Shown piece by piece: positions 20,059 through 29,536 of a stretch of 64,000 bases of DNA; within the stretch, counting starts at the first letter, position 1; the number at the start of each line of letters is the position of its first letter. The DNA is taken from positions 15,299 through 79,298 of the forward strand of contig JAFCFT010000002.1 in the NCBI GenBank assembly GCA_017608505.1, in the 5' to 3' direction. The translations under genes and the position numbers were made by a program. This DNA comes from Candidatus Parvarchaeota archaeon (GTDB taxonomy: Archaea > Nanobdellota > Nanobdellia > WJKC01). Below the pieces are notes generated by a model that saw nothing but the letters and a program-made list of their open reading frames with translations, made no database searches and had not been told where the DNA came from.

Positions 20059-20160
20059 CCACCTCCAAGGAGGGGGACTTTCCCTCCCCCTCCTCTAGGC
20101 TACTTCTCCCCCTCCCTCGCATTACTATGTAGGTTTTATGATTAATCAACCACAACCACC
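20038..20160. repeat. 26-bp perfect direct repeat (20038-20063 and 20135-20160) flanking a 71-bp GC-rich hairpin-containing insert between rpoH and rpoB''
   Basis: 'TTTATGATTAATCAACCACAACCACC' occurs twice. One copy encodes the RpoH C-terminus and stop, the other the RpoB'' N-terminus. The insert contains 'GGAGGGGGACTTTCCCTCCCCCTCC'. Confidence 0.7.
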
Positions 20161-20432
20161 CTGTAATACTTTGCTTCGCCAGCAGTTGGGCTCTTTCTTG
20201 TGATTTCTATCACATCTCCGGGCTTTGCCTTAAGCAATTTGGCGCACGGGTCTTTTTTTGAAATTTTTGGCAACGATGCTTTTGTTATATTGTACTTTGA
20301 AAGCAAGTTTATTGTCTCCTCTTCATTAAGTATTCTATGATCAGGGACTATCTCATGGTCAAAAAGTATAAACTTCTTTTTTACTTCTTTAGCCCCTTCT
20401 TCCCCTTTTGATTGGTTTTTTTCCCCAGTCAT
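20142..20432 (-). CDS. rpoH: DNA-directed RNA polymerase subunit H (Rpo5)
   Basis: 96 aa, '[15 protein letters not shown]...[39 protein letters not shown]'. Confidence 0.8.
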   Translation of the reverse strand: MTGEKNQSKGEEGAKEVKKKFILFDHEIVPDHRILNEEETINLLSKYNITKASLPKISKKDPCAKLLKAKPGDVIEITRKSPTAGEAKYYRVVVVD

Positions 20433-20549
20433 GAATTAATTACCAACCGCGCGCGAATTATAATTAATTTCCTGATAATCTTAAATAAAACGCATTTTAT
20501 TTACTCAAGAAACTGTCTTCTCTTTTTAAATGTTTCGTTTTTTGCCCTT

Positions 20550-21020
20550 TTACCAAGGATTTTTCTGCAGTTTCAGCATAAATCCCAGCACATTAAACGC
20601 TTTGTAAATAAATGGTGCTGCCAGCATGATGCCTAAAACTTCAAAGGCATTGAATAAATCCCATGTTGCAATAATCACGCAAGCCACAAGAATTTCAGAA
20701 TCCCAAGGCTCAAATGATGCCCCTGGCTTTAAATTAATTTTTCTTTTAATAAAACTTGTCAGTAAGTCCCCTGCAACTACTCCAACTCCAGTTAAAAGCC
20801 CGTACTTAATGCTTCCAAGCACAAGATACCCTGATAGCAAACCAACACACATCATTGTTGCAACGCCTCTCCAAGTTTTATGAGAACCAAACACGCGTTT
20901 CCCTTTCCACTTTTTATTAAAATCCACAGGAGCATTCATTTTTGGAAAAAGCTTTGCACTAAGAACAGGGCTTAAGTTTGCAAGTATTAATGGAACTGCT
21001 TTTACAAACACGTCAATCAT
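20550..21020 (-). CDS. Small CTP-transferase-like membrane protein (CDP-archaeol synthase-like)
   Basis: 156 aa with 4-5 TM helices and 'HKTWRG', similar to the KTWEG motif of CdsA/CarS-type cytidylyltransferases. Confidence 0.4.
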   Translation of the reverse strand: MIDVFVKAVPLILANLSPVLSAKLFPKMNAPVDFNKKWKGKRVFGSHKTWRGVATMMCVGLLSGYLVLGSIKYGLLTGVGVVAGDLLTSFIKRKINLKPGASFEPWDSEILVACVIIATWDLFNAFEVLGIMLAAPFIYKAFNVLGFMLKLQKNPW

Positions 21021-21072
21021 ATAAATTCTTAATTCACTAAGCTTATATATTATTGCCTTATATCTTTAAGTA

Positions 21073-22071
21073 ATGTATGGTCCTTTTCCTGTCATTATAA
21101 TATTGTTTTCAGTTGGCTTTTTAATCATTCTTCATGCCTTAAAAACTAAAAAACATAAAAAGCATGCGAGAACTTTTGATGAATTGCTCCTTGGCGCGTT
21201 TCACATAATATTGTGTTTCATATACCCTTTGTATTATTTGCGTTTTCCTTCTCTTTCTAGCACTTTGTATCTTTTAACAAATATTTTAGCAGTGGCAACA
21301 ATATGTTTTTTACTTTTAATCCTTGCTTTTGAAAAATTCAATGTTTCAAAACATCCTTATCTTAAAAAGAAAAGATCCTACGCGTCTTTTAAAAAAAATT
21401 TCCTTTCAAATTACAATAAACAAAACAGATACAAAAGAAGGATAACACACATAATACCTGCGTTAGTGATACTTCCCATTTATTTAATTGGCAAGTCATT
21501 TGCTCCCTTGCTTCCAGATTGGGAAGCATGGTGCGTTGGATTAATAACAAGTGCTGGCGTATGTTTTGTTCTTGTTTTCTCAATTGCAGACCTCGTGCGG
21601 GTTTCTAAACCAGAATTGCTGCCTGAATGGGCAAGCAAACTTTTTTCAAAAGGATTAAACAAAGAAGAAGTCTTAGACAACACATTTACAACATCCTCTG
21701 CAATGATTCTTGGATTTGCTCCTTGGCTCCTTGCAGGCCTTCTTGTTTTTACAATTGTTTCTCTTGTTGCCTCTGTCTCTGACGCAATGGCGGCAATTAC
21801 GGGATTTAGATTTGGAAGGCACAGATTTCCAAAAAAAGGAAGAAAAACAGTGGAGGGCTACATAGCAGGCATACTTACCACATTTAGTTTAGTCATTGCC
21901 TCATTTTTCATACTTTCAACAATCAATCCTTTGTTAATAATCTTGTTTGGTCTGTTTCTTGCAGGAGCTTTCTTTTTAGTTGATGTTTTAAATCTTCCAA
22001 TAGATGACAATAAAATTAATCCTCAAGTAATAGGCTTTGTCCTACTAATCTTATTGGCAAGTTTTAGATAA
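21073..22071 (+). CDS. Polyprenol (dolichol) kinase / CdsA-family membrane protein
   Basis: A multi-TM protein with 'SDAMAAITGFRFGRHRFPKKGRKTVEGYIAG', matching the dolichol kinase/CdsA C-terminal motif. Confidence 0.5.
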   Translation: MYGPFPVIIILFSVGFLIILHALKTKKHKKHARTFDELLLGAFHIILCFIYPLYYLRFPSLSSTLYLLTNILAVATICFLLLILAFEKFNVSKHPYLKKKRSYASFKKNFLSNYNKQNRYKRRITHIIPALVILPIYLIGKSFAPLLPDWEAWCVGLITSAGVCFVLVFSIADLVRVSKPELLPEWASKLFSKGLNKEEVLDNTFTTSSAMILGFAPWLLAGLLVFTIVSLVASVSDAMAAITGFRFGRHRFPKKGRKTVEGYIAGILTTFSLVIASFFILSTINPLLIILFGLFLAGAFFLVDVLNLPIDDNKINPQVIGFVLLILLASFR

Positions 22072-22529
22072 CAGCAAACTTGCAAGCGTTGCCATTGATG
22101 CCAACAGCCCTATTGCTCCAGGCTCATAATTGTTGATTACGTATCCCCCTATTATAGGAGCAATTACATAGCTTGCACTTGTAAGGGAATTAATTGCCCC
22201 CATTGTTTTTCCAATCTCACCTTTTACCCTTTTGCTTATCTCGCTAATTATTATCGGCTTTGCAATAATAAGCATAAATACTATGTATAGCATGATCCAC
22301 GTATTTGTATAATAAATCCTGCAAAAGCAAACGTTTGTGATACTATTAATATGGTCCTTCTTCCATACTTGTCGCTTAGTTTTCCTGCAAAAGGCGCAGT
22401 TGCAAACTGGCTTGCGAAATACACAGTTATTATTTGTCCAACAAGAAAAGGCGTTGCGCCTAATGTAGCTCCTAATCCAAGAGACTCAGCAAATATTATG
22501 TATGCTGCTAGCGCATGCTTGTTATTCAT
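22051..22529 (-). pseudogene. Frameshifted, truncated remnant of an MFS transporter (two ORF fragments, 22281-22529 and 22051-22293)
   Basis: The upstream fragment carries the MFS motif 'GKLSDKYGRRT'. The downstream fragment continues the TM helices in a different frame. Combined length is only about 160 aa. Confidence 0.45.
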
Positions 22530-22987
22530 ACTGTTTCCTTTAATTTTTCTTTAATTCCTTCTTGTATTTTTTTCATTTGTTCTTCTTCTATTTTTTTCGT
22601 CCCCCATATGAATGCAAATCTTGTTTTATCTTCATGGAATCTTGGTATGACATGCATGTGAAAATGAGGTATTAACTGTCCTGCTTCTTTTCCATTGTTG
22701 CTTATTATATTAAATCCTAAAGGGTCTATTTCTTTTTTTATTGCAAGCACGATTTTCCACGCAACTTTCATCATGTGCTCTGCCATTTCTATTGGCATGT
22801 CATTAAGCTGTTCATAATGATTTTTAGGGACTATTAGCGTATGGCCTGGATTTACTGGATTAATATCTAAGAATGCTATTGCGTATTCATCTTCATAGAC
22901 TTTCATTGAAGGTATTTCTCCTTTAACAATTCTGCAGAACACGCAAGGCTCATCGCTTGGGTTGCTGATTTCTTGCCTATTAGTCAT
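22526..22987 (-). CDS. HIT-family (histidine triad) nucleotide hydrolase
   Basis: Zn-binding 'CVFCRI' and histidine triad 'HFHMHVIP'. Confidence 0.8.
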   Translation of the reverse strand: MTNRQEISNPSDEPCVFCRIVKGEIPSMKVYEDEYAIAFLDINPVNPGHTLIVPKNHYEQLNDMPIEMAEHMMKVAWKIVLAIKKEIDPLGFNIISNNGKEAGQLIPHFHMHVIPRFHEDKTRFAFIWGTKKIEEEQMKKIQEGIKEKLKETV

Positions 22988-23026
22988 AGAATTCTAGACT
23001 GCGCTATTACTTTTAAATTTTATTAG

Positions 23027-23231
23027 TGAGCCCGGAGGGATTTCCAATCCAAAAATTCTTCTCTGGCTTTTGAACCCCCGACACCCTGGTATCCTCCAGG
23101 GAGAGCCTGGTAAAAGCTTCACCTCCGTACCATCAAGCTGTTGCTTGATCCTGCAATCAAAAAGACTGCAGGCGCTTCGTAATCAAAGCGGGTTGGTGGT
23201 CAGGTGCTCTACCAAGCTGAGCTACGGGCCC
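23027..23231 (-). tRNA. Intron-containing tRNA gene (~205 nt primary transcript; putative introns near the anticodon loop and at T-loop 59/60); anticodon not resolved
   Basis: Minus-strand 5' part 'GGGCCCG TA GCTC AGCTTGGTA GAGC A CCTGA' is a perfect acceptor/D-arm/anticodon-stem start. The 3' end 'CGGGCTC A' pairs with it. 'A CCAGG GTGTC GGGGG TTCAAA' then about 28 nt then 'T CCCTC' completes the anticodon 3' stem, variable loop and T-arm. Confidence 0.6.
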
Positions 23232-23841
23232 ACTTATTGAAAATTAATTTTATTTCCTTTTTAAGGCTTTTCATTTCTTTGTCATTTATCAACAGCCCAT
23301 AAACAACGGCAGTGCGCCCTGGCGCTTTCCCATTTTTGTACCATAGCAGTTCTTTATTAAACATTTTTTTTGTCAAGTAATTGCAGTCAACTCCAGTTGC
23401 CTCAAGACTGTATCTTTTTAAATCAGGGTGTTTGCAAGGCAATCCCTTCGTAAGATTGCACGGCCTGCATTTTTTGCATGCTCCGCTTCCAAGCAAAATT
23501 CCCCCTGCTTTGTCTTTAAGCATTCTCATTACCTTTTCACAGCGCGATTTAAGACACGAATTAGCAAGCATGACTTTAAGATAATCTTTATATCCGTATC
23601 CTTCTAATTGGTCAAGGTTTGCATACATATGCACAACAAGCATTGCATCATAACCCTTCGCCAGCCTTTTAAATGACGGAGCTATTGGAGGACAACAATA
23701 TTTTTTGCCGTAATTCCTGCACCCTTCTTTGCACATTTTGTCAAACAAGACTTTATTCACTTTTACTTCACTGCATTTTATAAATCCGTATTCGCACTTT
23801 GCTTTTAATTCATGTTTTGGCGTCTTGATTATTAAAAACAT
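23209..23841 (-). CDS. Cysteine-rich predicted metal-binding protein (DUF2284-like)
   Basis: 210 aa with many Cys (CEYGFIKC, CKEGCRNYGKKYCCPP, CKKCRPC). The C-terminal 23 nt overlap the tRNA 5' end, so the stop may be misassigned. Confidence 0.4.
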   Translation of the reverse strand: MFLIIKTPKHELKAKCEYGFIKCSEVKVNKVLFDKMCKEGCRNYGKKYCCPPIAPSFKRLAKGYDAMLVVHMYANLDQLEGYGYKDYLKVMLANSCLKSRCEKVMRMLKDKAGGILLGSGACKKCRPCNLTKGLPCKHPDLKRYSLEATGVDCNYLTKKMFNKELLWYKNGKAPGRTAVVYGLLINDKEMKSLKKEIKLIFNKWARSSAW

Positions 23842-23875
23842 CTTTTTGTTTTAAGCAGTAAAACTTAAAAATCGT

Positions 23876-24625
23876 TTGCTAATATCAAACTTTATGAATG
23901 ACGAAGCACTTTTAAAAAAACTCGAAGACATAAAAATTCCTGCGCACGTTGGAATAATAATTGACGGAAACAGACGCTGGGCAAAAAAACACGGCTATTT
24001 AAAATACAGAGGTCACACTGCTGGCTTTAAACTCTTAAAAAAAATTATTAAATTCGCATTTAAGACAGGCATTAAGCACTTAAGCATTTATGCGCTTTCA
24101 ATTGAAAATCTAAAGCGCGAAGAGCGCGAATTAAAGCATTTATTTAGCCTTTTAAAAAAAGGGCTTGCAGAAATTAGGCAAGACAAAGATATAATGAAGG
24201 AAAGCGTAAAAATAAACATCCTGGGCAGGACATATCTTCTTCCAAAAGACCTTCAGGAAGAAATTAAAAAAACCCATGAATTTACAAGAAACAACAATAA
24301 ACTTACGCTTAATTTCTGCATTGCATACAATGGCCAAGATGAAATTGTTGATGCAGTTAAAGAAATAATCAACAAAAACATGCCTTCTGAAGAAATTGAC
24401 AGAAACATCATTAAGTCGCACTTATATACGCGCAATTCCCCTGAAGCTGACTTGATCATCAGGACAGGCATGGAAGACGGCAAGCGGATTTCAGGTTTTC
24501 TATTATGGGACGCAAGCTACGCAGAATTCATTTTTAGGGACGACTACTGGCCAGACTACACAAAAGATATGTTTGTAGAAGATTTAATTGAGTATTCAAG
24601 AAGAAACAGAAGGCGCGGCAAGTGA
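23876..24625 (+). CDS. uppS: cis-Prenyltransferase (undecaprenyl diphosphate synthase family, UppS)
   Basis: 'HVGIIIDGNRRWA', 'GHTAGF' and 'LSIYALSIEN' are UPP-synthase signatures. Confidence 0.85.
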   Translation: MLISNFMNDEALLKKLEDIKIPAHVGIIIDGNRRWAKKHGYLKYRGHTAGFKLLKKIIKFAFKTGIKHLSIYALSIENLKREERELKHLFSLLKKGLAEIRQDKDIMKESVKINILGRTYLLPKDLQEEIKKTHEFTRNNNKLTLNFCIAYNGQDEIVDAVKEIINKNMPSEEIDRNIIKSHLYTRNSPEADLIIRTGMEDGKRISGFLLWDASYAEFIFRDDYWPDYTKDMFVEDLIEYSRRNRRRGK

Positions 24626-24942
24626 ATCTTATATAAATATGTAATCTTCCTTTTAATGTGTTTACAATTGGAATTTTTTTAGCTTTGTAGGTTCTGCTTT
24701 GCTTATTGCAACTGGCATTTATCTTATTTTTAAAAAGGCGCTTGCTATATGCAATCTTTAAAAGCCTCTGGCTAATCTCTGATACAGTAATCATTTTTAT
24801 CTTAACCAGTATGAGAGACGAGTATAAAAAAGCACGTTTAAGACTTGTGTTGCTTGGTGCGTTTTAAATAGCAACTTTTTTCTGGGGCTTTATAAACACA
24901 GTGTTGATTGCTTAACCTCATATGAATGTTTTATTCGAAGGC

Positions 24943-26304
24943 TTAGTTTCTCCTATTCTTATGGGCCTTTTGCCTATCTAATGTTAAAAAAAGGAACTCT
25001 CTATAAGCAGGCGTGTATATTACAGGGCCTTGCTTTCCTTTGTTGCACTTATAAATTAACTCCAATTTAGTCCCTGCCTGCAATTCATCGCACCCAATTA
25101 CTTCTGCCGTGCATTCCTTATCTCCAATCCTTATTCTTGAGGTTTTGCCATTATATTCTATTAAATGCGCATGCGCATAATTTGTCTTGACAACTGATTT
25201 GCCTGCGCATTCCACGCCCTTTGAAATCGCATTTATCCTTTTATTCATGAATTTGTCATGCATATATTCATTTAACTCGAATCTCTTGTCATGCATTTTA
25301 ATTGCGTCTTCAAGTTTTGCGCCTTTTGCAAATTTTTTAATTCTTTTAGCAGGCCTTATGCTTATTGTGCTCGCGCTTGCGCCAGAACCATATACATATC
25401 CAAGCACTTTGTCGCCATGTTTTGCATTATCCAAATAATTGCACAATATTAATCCAAAGTTTGCTGCAAAAGCATTTCCTATGCGCCTGTTAATAAAATT
25501 GTATTTAAATACTTCTTTAACATCTCTTTTCAAATCTTTAAAAGGATTTAATTCATACAAATCTTCGTGTTTTCTTTTTTCTCTTTCAAAATTAGTCATC
25601 CAGTATGGCATGTTTGGAACCGGCGTGTGGCCTATTACGTATTCAAAATCATTAATGTCTTTTCCAGCATTTTCTAAAAATCTGTTTATGCTTTCATACA
25701 CTAATTTTTTATAATAATACATGCTCTGCCTTCCATTGCATATTGGGTTTGCTGGGTCGTCATGTCTTATAAAAAAGTCGTTTACATCTTCAAAAACAGT
25801 ATTAACCCCTCCTCTTTTAATTATTGCTATTGGGTTGTCGCCTACTATGAATGCTGCAGCGCCATGTCCAACTTTATCATAAAATATATTCTCCTTTTTT
25901 ATTGGCGCGCAGTCTGCGAACACCACCAACGCGTATTTTCCATTAAAATCCTTGCTTTCAGTTTCCCTTAAAGCTGTTATCAGTGCATTTAGTCCAGATG
26001 CGCACGCATTTTGCACATCTTTTGTTTCAAGCAACTTATTAAGGCCTAACATTTCTGCCACAATTATTGCTGATGATTTCACTTTATATGCAGGCGTTTC
26101 AGAACAAAAATACACTGAAGCAATGTCATTTTTGTCTATATCCGCCTTTTTAATTGCCTCTTTTGCTGCATACCATCCTGCGCTGACAGAGTCAATATAA
26201 GGATGCGCTATTCTTTGTTCTAACAACCCTATGTTGTTCTCCTCAAGTTTTCTATAATATCTTCCAACAAACCATCCGTAACTTACTATCCCACTTTTTT
26301 CCAT
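24943..26304 (-). CDS. Thiolase-fold condensing enzyme, HMG-CoA synthase/FabH-like, with an extra ~100 aa C-terminal extension
   Basis: Active-site Cys region 'DVQNACASGLNAL' and a Gly-rich 'GYVYGSGASAS'. Lipid/isoprenoid neighbours are UppS and polyprenol kinase. Confidence 0.5.
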   Translation of the reverse strand: MEKSGIVSYGWFVGRYYRKLEENNIGLLEQRIAHPYIDSVSAGWYAAKEAIKKADIDKNDIASVYFCSETPAYKVKSSAIIVAEMLGLNKLLETKDVQNACASGLNALITALRETESKDFNGKYALVVFADCAPIKKENIFYDKVGHGAAAFIVGDNPIAIIKRGGVNTVFEDVNDFFIRHDDPANPICNGRQSMYYYKKLVYESINRFLENAGKDINDFEYVIGHTPVPNMPYWMTNFEREKRKHEDLYELNPFKDLKRDVKEVFKYNFINRRIGNAFAANFGLILCNYLDNAKHGDKVLGYVYGSGASASTISIRPAKRIKKFAKGAKLEDAIKMHDKRFELNEYMHDKFMNKRINAISKGVECAGKSVVKTNYAHAHLIEYNGKTSRIRIGDKECTAEVIGCDELQAGTKLELIYKCNKGKQGPVIYTPAYREFLFLTLDRQKAHKNRRN

Positions 26305-26385
26305 TTTGAATTAGTATCATTTGCTTCCCTTATAAATTTTTTTAGTTTTTACTTGCTCTTGCTGGTATTATAACTGCATAAGTGG

Positions 26386-26397
26386 ACGCCCGGGCCG
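26386..26397. repeat. att-like core, distal copy (duplicate of the tRNA-Asp 3' end)
   Basis: A 12-nt GC-rich match to 51867-51878 in an AT-rich intergenic region. Confidence 0.5.
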
Positions 26398-26677
26398 CGC
26401 GTTAGTACAGTTGGTCATACCGCCCGGTCGTTACTTCAACTGGATAATGAATAATACGCAGTACTGATTTATAAATTCCTTTAAAACTTTTTTAGGGATA
26501 GACGCCCTAACTTTTCTCAAGCTCTTCAATGCACTTTTTCAAGTAATTAATTATTGCCTGTTTTTCTGGGCTGACTTTTTTAGGCTTTATGTTTTTGGTC
26601 AGTTCTCGGTACCAATCAGGCAGTTGTGATAAAGTTTCATTCATTAGAGTAATTATTTTGAGAAGTTGTATTTAAAG

Positions 26678-29536
26678 TTAGGATAGCTTTATACCCATAT
26701 TTCTTGCTGTTAAATCAACTGCCATTCTATTGATATCTTCATTCATCGCCATGAATTTGCTGATTAAATTTGGGTTTTTGTCTAATAAGAAATCCATAAA
26801 TTTTTCTGTTAATCTTTTTAGAAGCCCTTTTTTAAATACCATTCCTAAATCTTTATCTTTGTTACCTTTAATCATTGTTGTAACAAATTCATCATGGGTT
26901 ACATTTTCAATATATTCTTCTATTAATCCTTTTTCATCATCAGATAATGATGATTCAAATCTTAAGTTAATTGCTTCAACAACTTCTTTAACAGTTACAT
27001 ATTCTATTTCTCTTTTTTTACCCGCACTAATTATTTCTTTTTCTTTTGGTTTTTCCTTTTTAACTTCTTTTATTTTATATTTAGTTACATAAATTTTTTC
27101 TAGTTCTTTATCAAGCATTCTAAGTTTACCAAAAGGGCTTAAATAATTAGCCATATAATACGAAAACCTAGCAAAGTTTCTTAAGTCTTTATCTCTGATT
27201 ACGAATAAATTGTTTAAGAAGTTAAATGTATTATTATACTTCACTAATAAGCCTCTGAATTCTCTTCTTTTCTTAACTTCATATTTATGCAATCTCTTTT
27301 CTATATTTTGCGCAATTTTTTCAAAATAGAGATTAGTTTCATTATTAAGTATCCCTATATTAAAATCGTCTACGTCTTTTTTAGTAAAAACATTCCAATT
27401 AATTAAATCAATATATATTTTACTTAGTTCTTTAGTGTCTAATCCTGTTCTATCAATAACTGTTTTTTTGTATCTTCTGAATGCTTTTATAATTTCTTTG
27501 TACGAGTTCGTGAAATCAATTGTTAATGTGTCCCTTTTGTTTGGGAATACTCTGTTTAATCTGCTTATAGTTTGCACAGCATTAATTCCTGAAACACTTT
27601 TATCAAGAAACATTGTGTGTAATAATGGTTGATTAAATCCATATTGAAACTTGTTGGCCACTATTAAAAATCTGTAATTTTTTTTCTTAAATTCATCCTC
27701 AATTTTTCCTTTTATTTTATTTAAGTTTGCTTCAGTATATACTTTATCATCACCTTTTTTTAATTTAATACTACCTGTAAACGCCACTAAAGTTTTGTAC
27801 TCTAATCCTTGGTCTTGTAATTCTTTGTCTAATATTAGTTTATACTTAACTGCTGCTTTGCGACTGCTAGTTACTATCATTGCTTTGGCATAATTATCTT
27901 TTATTGCATTCTTAGTATGTTCTTCAAATATTTTGATTATGATTTTCACTTTAGCCTTTATTATATTTTCATCCTCGTAAGCTTTGGCTTTAATTTTTTT
28001 AATAACTGGCAATGGAGGGTATTCTTTACCTTCTCCTATTTTTTCTGATAACTTGTATAGTGTTTCGTAAGGAATAATATTATCAGATACATTGAGTATT
28101 TTACCCTCTTTTTCTGCTTGATCCATACTATAAACATCAAAGGGTTTACCAAACATTTGTATTGTTTTATCACTTGGGGTTGCAGTTAATGCAATAAAAA
28201 CCAAGTTTGGAAATTTTCTCTTAACTAATTCTGCACTTAACTCGTCTTGGAAGTTTTCTTCATAAGGTTCAAAATAACCTAACATGTTTTTGTGTAGTTT
28301 ACCTGTTTGTGATCTGTGCGCTTCATCAATTATTATACAAATCTTTTTACCTTTCTGTTCTGTTAGTAATTCTTTTAACTTTGTGACTGAGAATTTGTGT
28401 ATGGTGCTTACCACTACTTTTTTATTTTTGTTTAATGCTGTTGCTAATTCTTTCGTTGTTTCAACATAGGCTACTAAACCTTTTTGTGTTTCAACGTTTC
28501 TTATTTCATTTCCTAATTGTGTGTTAAGATTAATCCTATCTGTCAGTATTACTATTGAATCAAACAAAGGTTTATTATCGTAATGTATGTGTCTTAGGAA
28601 TCTTTGGAGTATTGCTATTGTGTAACTTTTACCGCTTCCTGCACTATGTTGTATTAAGTATCTTAAATCTAGTTTCTTAGTTTTCGAATAATTCTTTAAT
28701 ATATCTTCTCTAATTTTATTTACTGTTCTTCTCTGATGATATCGTGGGAAGAAAAAAGTAGTAACTTCTCTTCCATCTGGAAGTTTTACTTTTATGGTAT
28801 GCAAGTAATGTTCTATTATTTCTATTAATGATTCTGGTGTTAGTATTTCATTATACAAATATTCTATATTATACTCATTCTCTACTTGCGGGTTAATTAA
28901 GTCTTTGTTAAACCATACGAAGTCTTCAACACTATTACTAATGAATTCAGTGGCTATCTTAACATTTTTAGTGTCTGCTGCGATATGTAGTATTGGTTTC
29001 TTAAATATGTTCAAGCTTTTATCCCTGTCATCAATGTATTGTATTACTGCGTCATCAACTACTTGACCAGTTAATGGATTCTTTAATTCTATTGTGATTA
29101 AGGCAAAACCATTTAGGAATAAAACAATGTCTATTGATTCCATTGTTTTTCTGAAACAGAATTGTCTAACGTAACTGAAAATGTTTGATTCATAACGTTT
29201 TAATGTTTCAGGATTATAACTCGTCTCGGGTTTAAAATAAATTAACCTAATTTTAATATCATTGATTGTTATTCCATCTCTTAAGACCTCAAATAATTTC
29301 TTTTTATCTAATTCTTTACTAATCACTTTCTTAACTTCTTTAAGCCACTTATTGCCAAAAAATGATTTTAATTCTTTAACTTCTTCTGGTTGGGTTCTGG
29401 TTAAGAACTCCATTAATATATTATCGTCGATGTTAATACTTAAATCGATGTCATCAGTAACCCGCTTGCGATAACCATGGGCTTCTAATCTTTCACAAAA
29501 ATGAGTCTCAAACTTCTCTTCTTTCGGACCAGTCAC
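26678..29536 (-). CDS. hsdR: Type I restriction enzyme R subunit (HsdR)
   Basis: 952 aa with SF2 motifs 'HSAGSGKS' and 'IIDEAHRSQ', and an N-terminal nuclease region. It overlaps hsdS by 4 nt. Confidence 0.85.
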   Translation of the reverse strand: MTGPKEEKFETHFCERLEAHGYRKRVTDDIDLSINIDDNILMEFLTRTQPEEVKELKSFFGNKWLKEVKKVISKELDKKKLFEVLRDGITINDIKIRLIYFKPETSYNPETLKRYESNIFSYVRQFCFRKTMESIDIVLFLNGFALITIELKNPLTGQVVDDAVIQYIDDRDKSLNIFKKPILHIAADTKNVKIATEFISNSVEDFVWFNKDLINPQVENEYNIEYLYNEILTPESLIEIIEHYLHTIKVKLPDGREVTTFFFPRYHQRRTVNKIREDILKNYSKTKKLDLRYLIQHSAGSGKSYTIAILQRFLRHIHYDNKPLFDSIVILTDRINLNTQLGNEIRNVETQKGLVAYVETTKELATALNKNKKVVVSTIHKFSVTKLKELLTEQKGKKICIIIDEAHRSQTGKLHKNMLGYFEPYEENFQDELSAELVKRKFPNLVFIALTATPSDKTIQMFGKPFDVYSMDQAEKEGKILNVSDNIIPYETLYKLSEKIGEGKEYPPLPVIKKIKAKAYEDENIIKAKVKIIIKIFEEHTKNAIKDNYAKAMIVTSSRKAAVKYKLILDKELQDQGLEYKTLVAFTGSIKLKKGDDKVYTEANLNKIKGKIEDEFKKKNYRFLIVANKFQYGFNQPLLHTMFLDKSVSGINAVQTISRLNRVFPNKRDTLTIDFTNSYKEIIKAFRRYKKTVIDRTGLDTKELSKIYIDLINWNVFTKKDVDDFNIGILNNETNLYFEKIAQNIEKRLHKYEVKKRREFRGLLVKYNNTFNFLNNLFVIRDKDLRNFARFSYYMANYLSPFGKLRMLDKELEKIYVTKYKIKEVKKEKPKEKEIISAGKKREIEYVTVKEVVEAINLRFESSLSDDEKGLIEEYIENVTHDEFVTTMIKGNKDKDLGMVFKKGLLKRLTEKFMDFLLDKNPNLISKFMAMNEDINRMAVDLTARNMGIKLS

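Noticed and set aside
20064-20134. Whether the G5/C5 hairpin inserts at 5770-5814, 20064-20134, 46008-46085 and inside the tRNA-Tyr intron (about 53290-53330) belong to one mobile-element family.
   Set aside because: They share only generic GGGGG/CCCCC stem composition; the loops and flanks are unrelated. They fit a general GC-rich terminator/hairpin style in an AT-rich genome, so I reported the loci separately and did not call a repeat family.
26398-26470. The GC-rich segment 'GTTAGTACAGTTGGTCATACCGCCCGG' next to the distal att repeat looked like a tRNA 5' half or D-arm.
   Set aside because: It cannot be folded into an acceptor/D-arm with proper pairing, and no matching 3' half is present. 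It is probably att-site-adjacent sequence, not a tRNA gene.
26505-26645. 46-aa minus-strand ORF (MNETLSQLPDWYRELTKNIKPKK...) just inside the island's distal end, as a possible excisionase.
   Set aside because: It is too short, has no recognisable HTH or Xis motif, and lies at the far end from the integrase. I kept it as a remark only.
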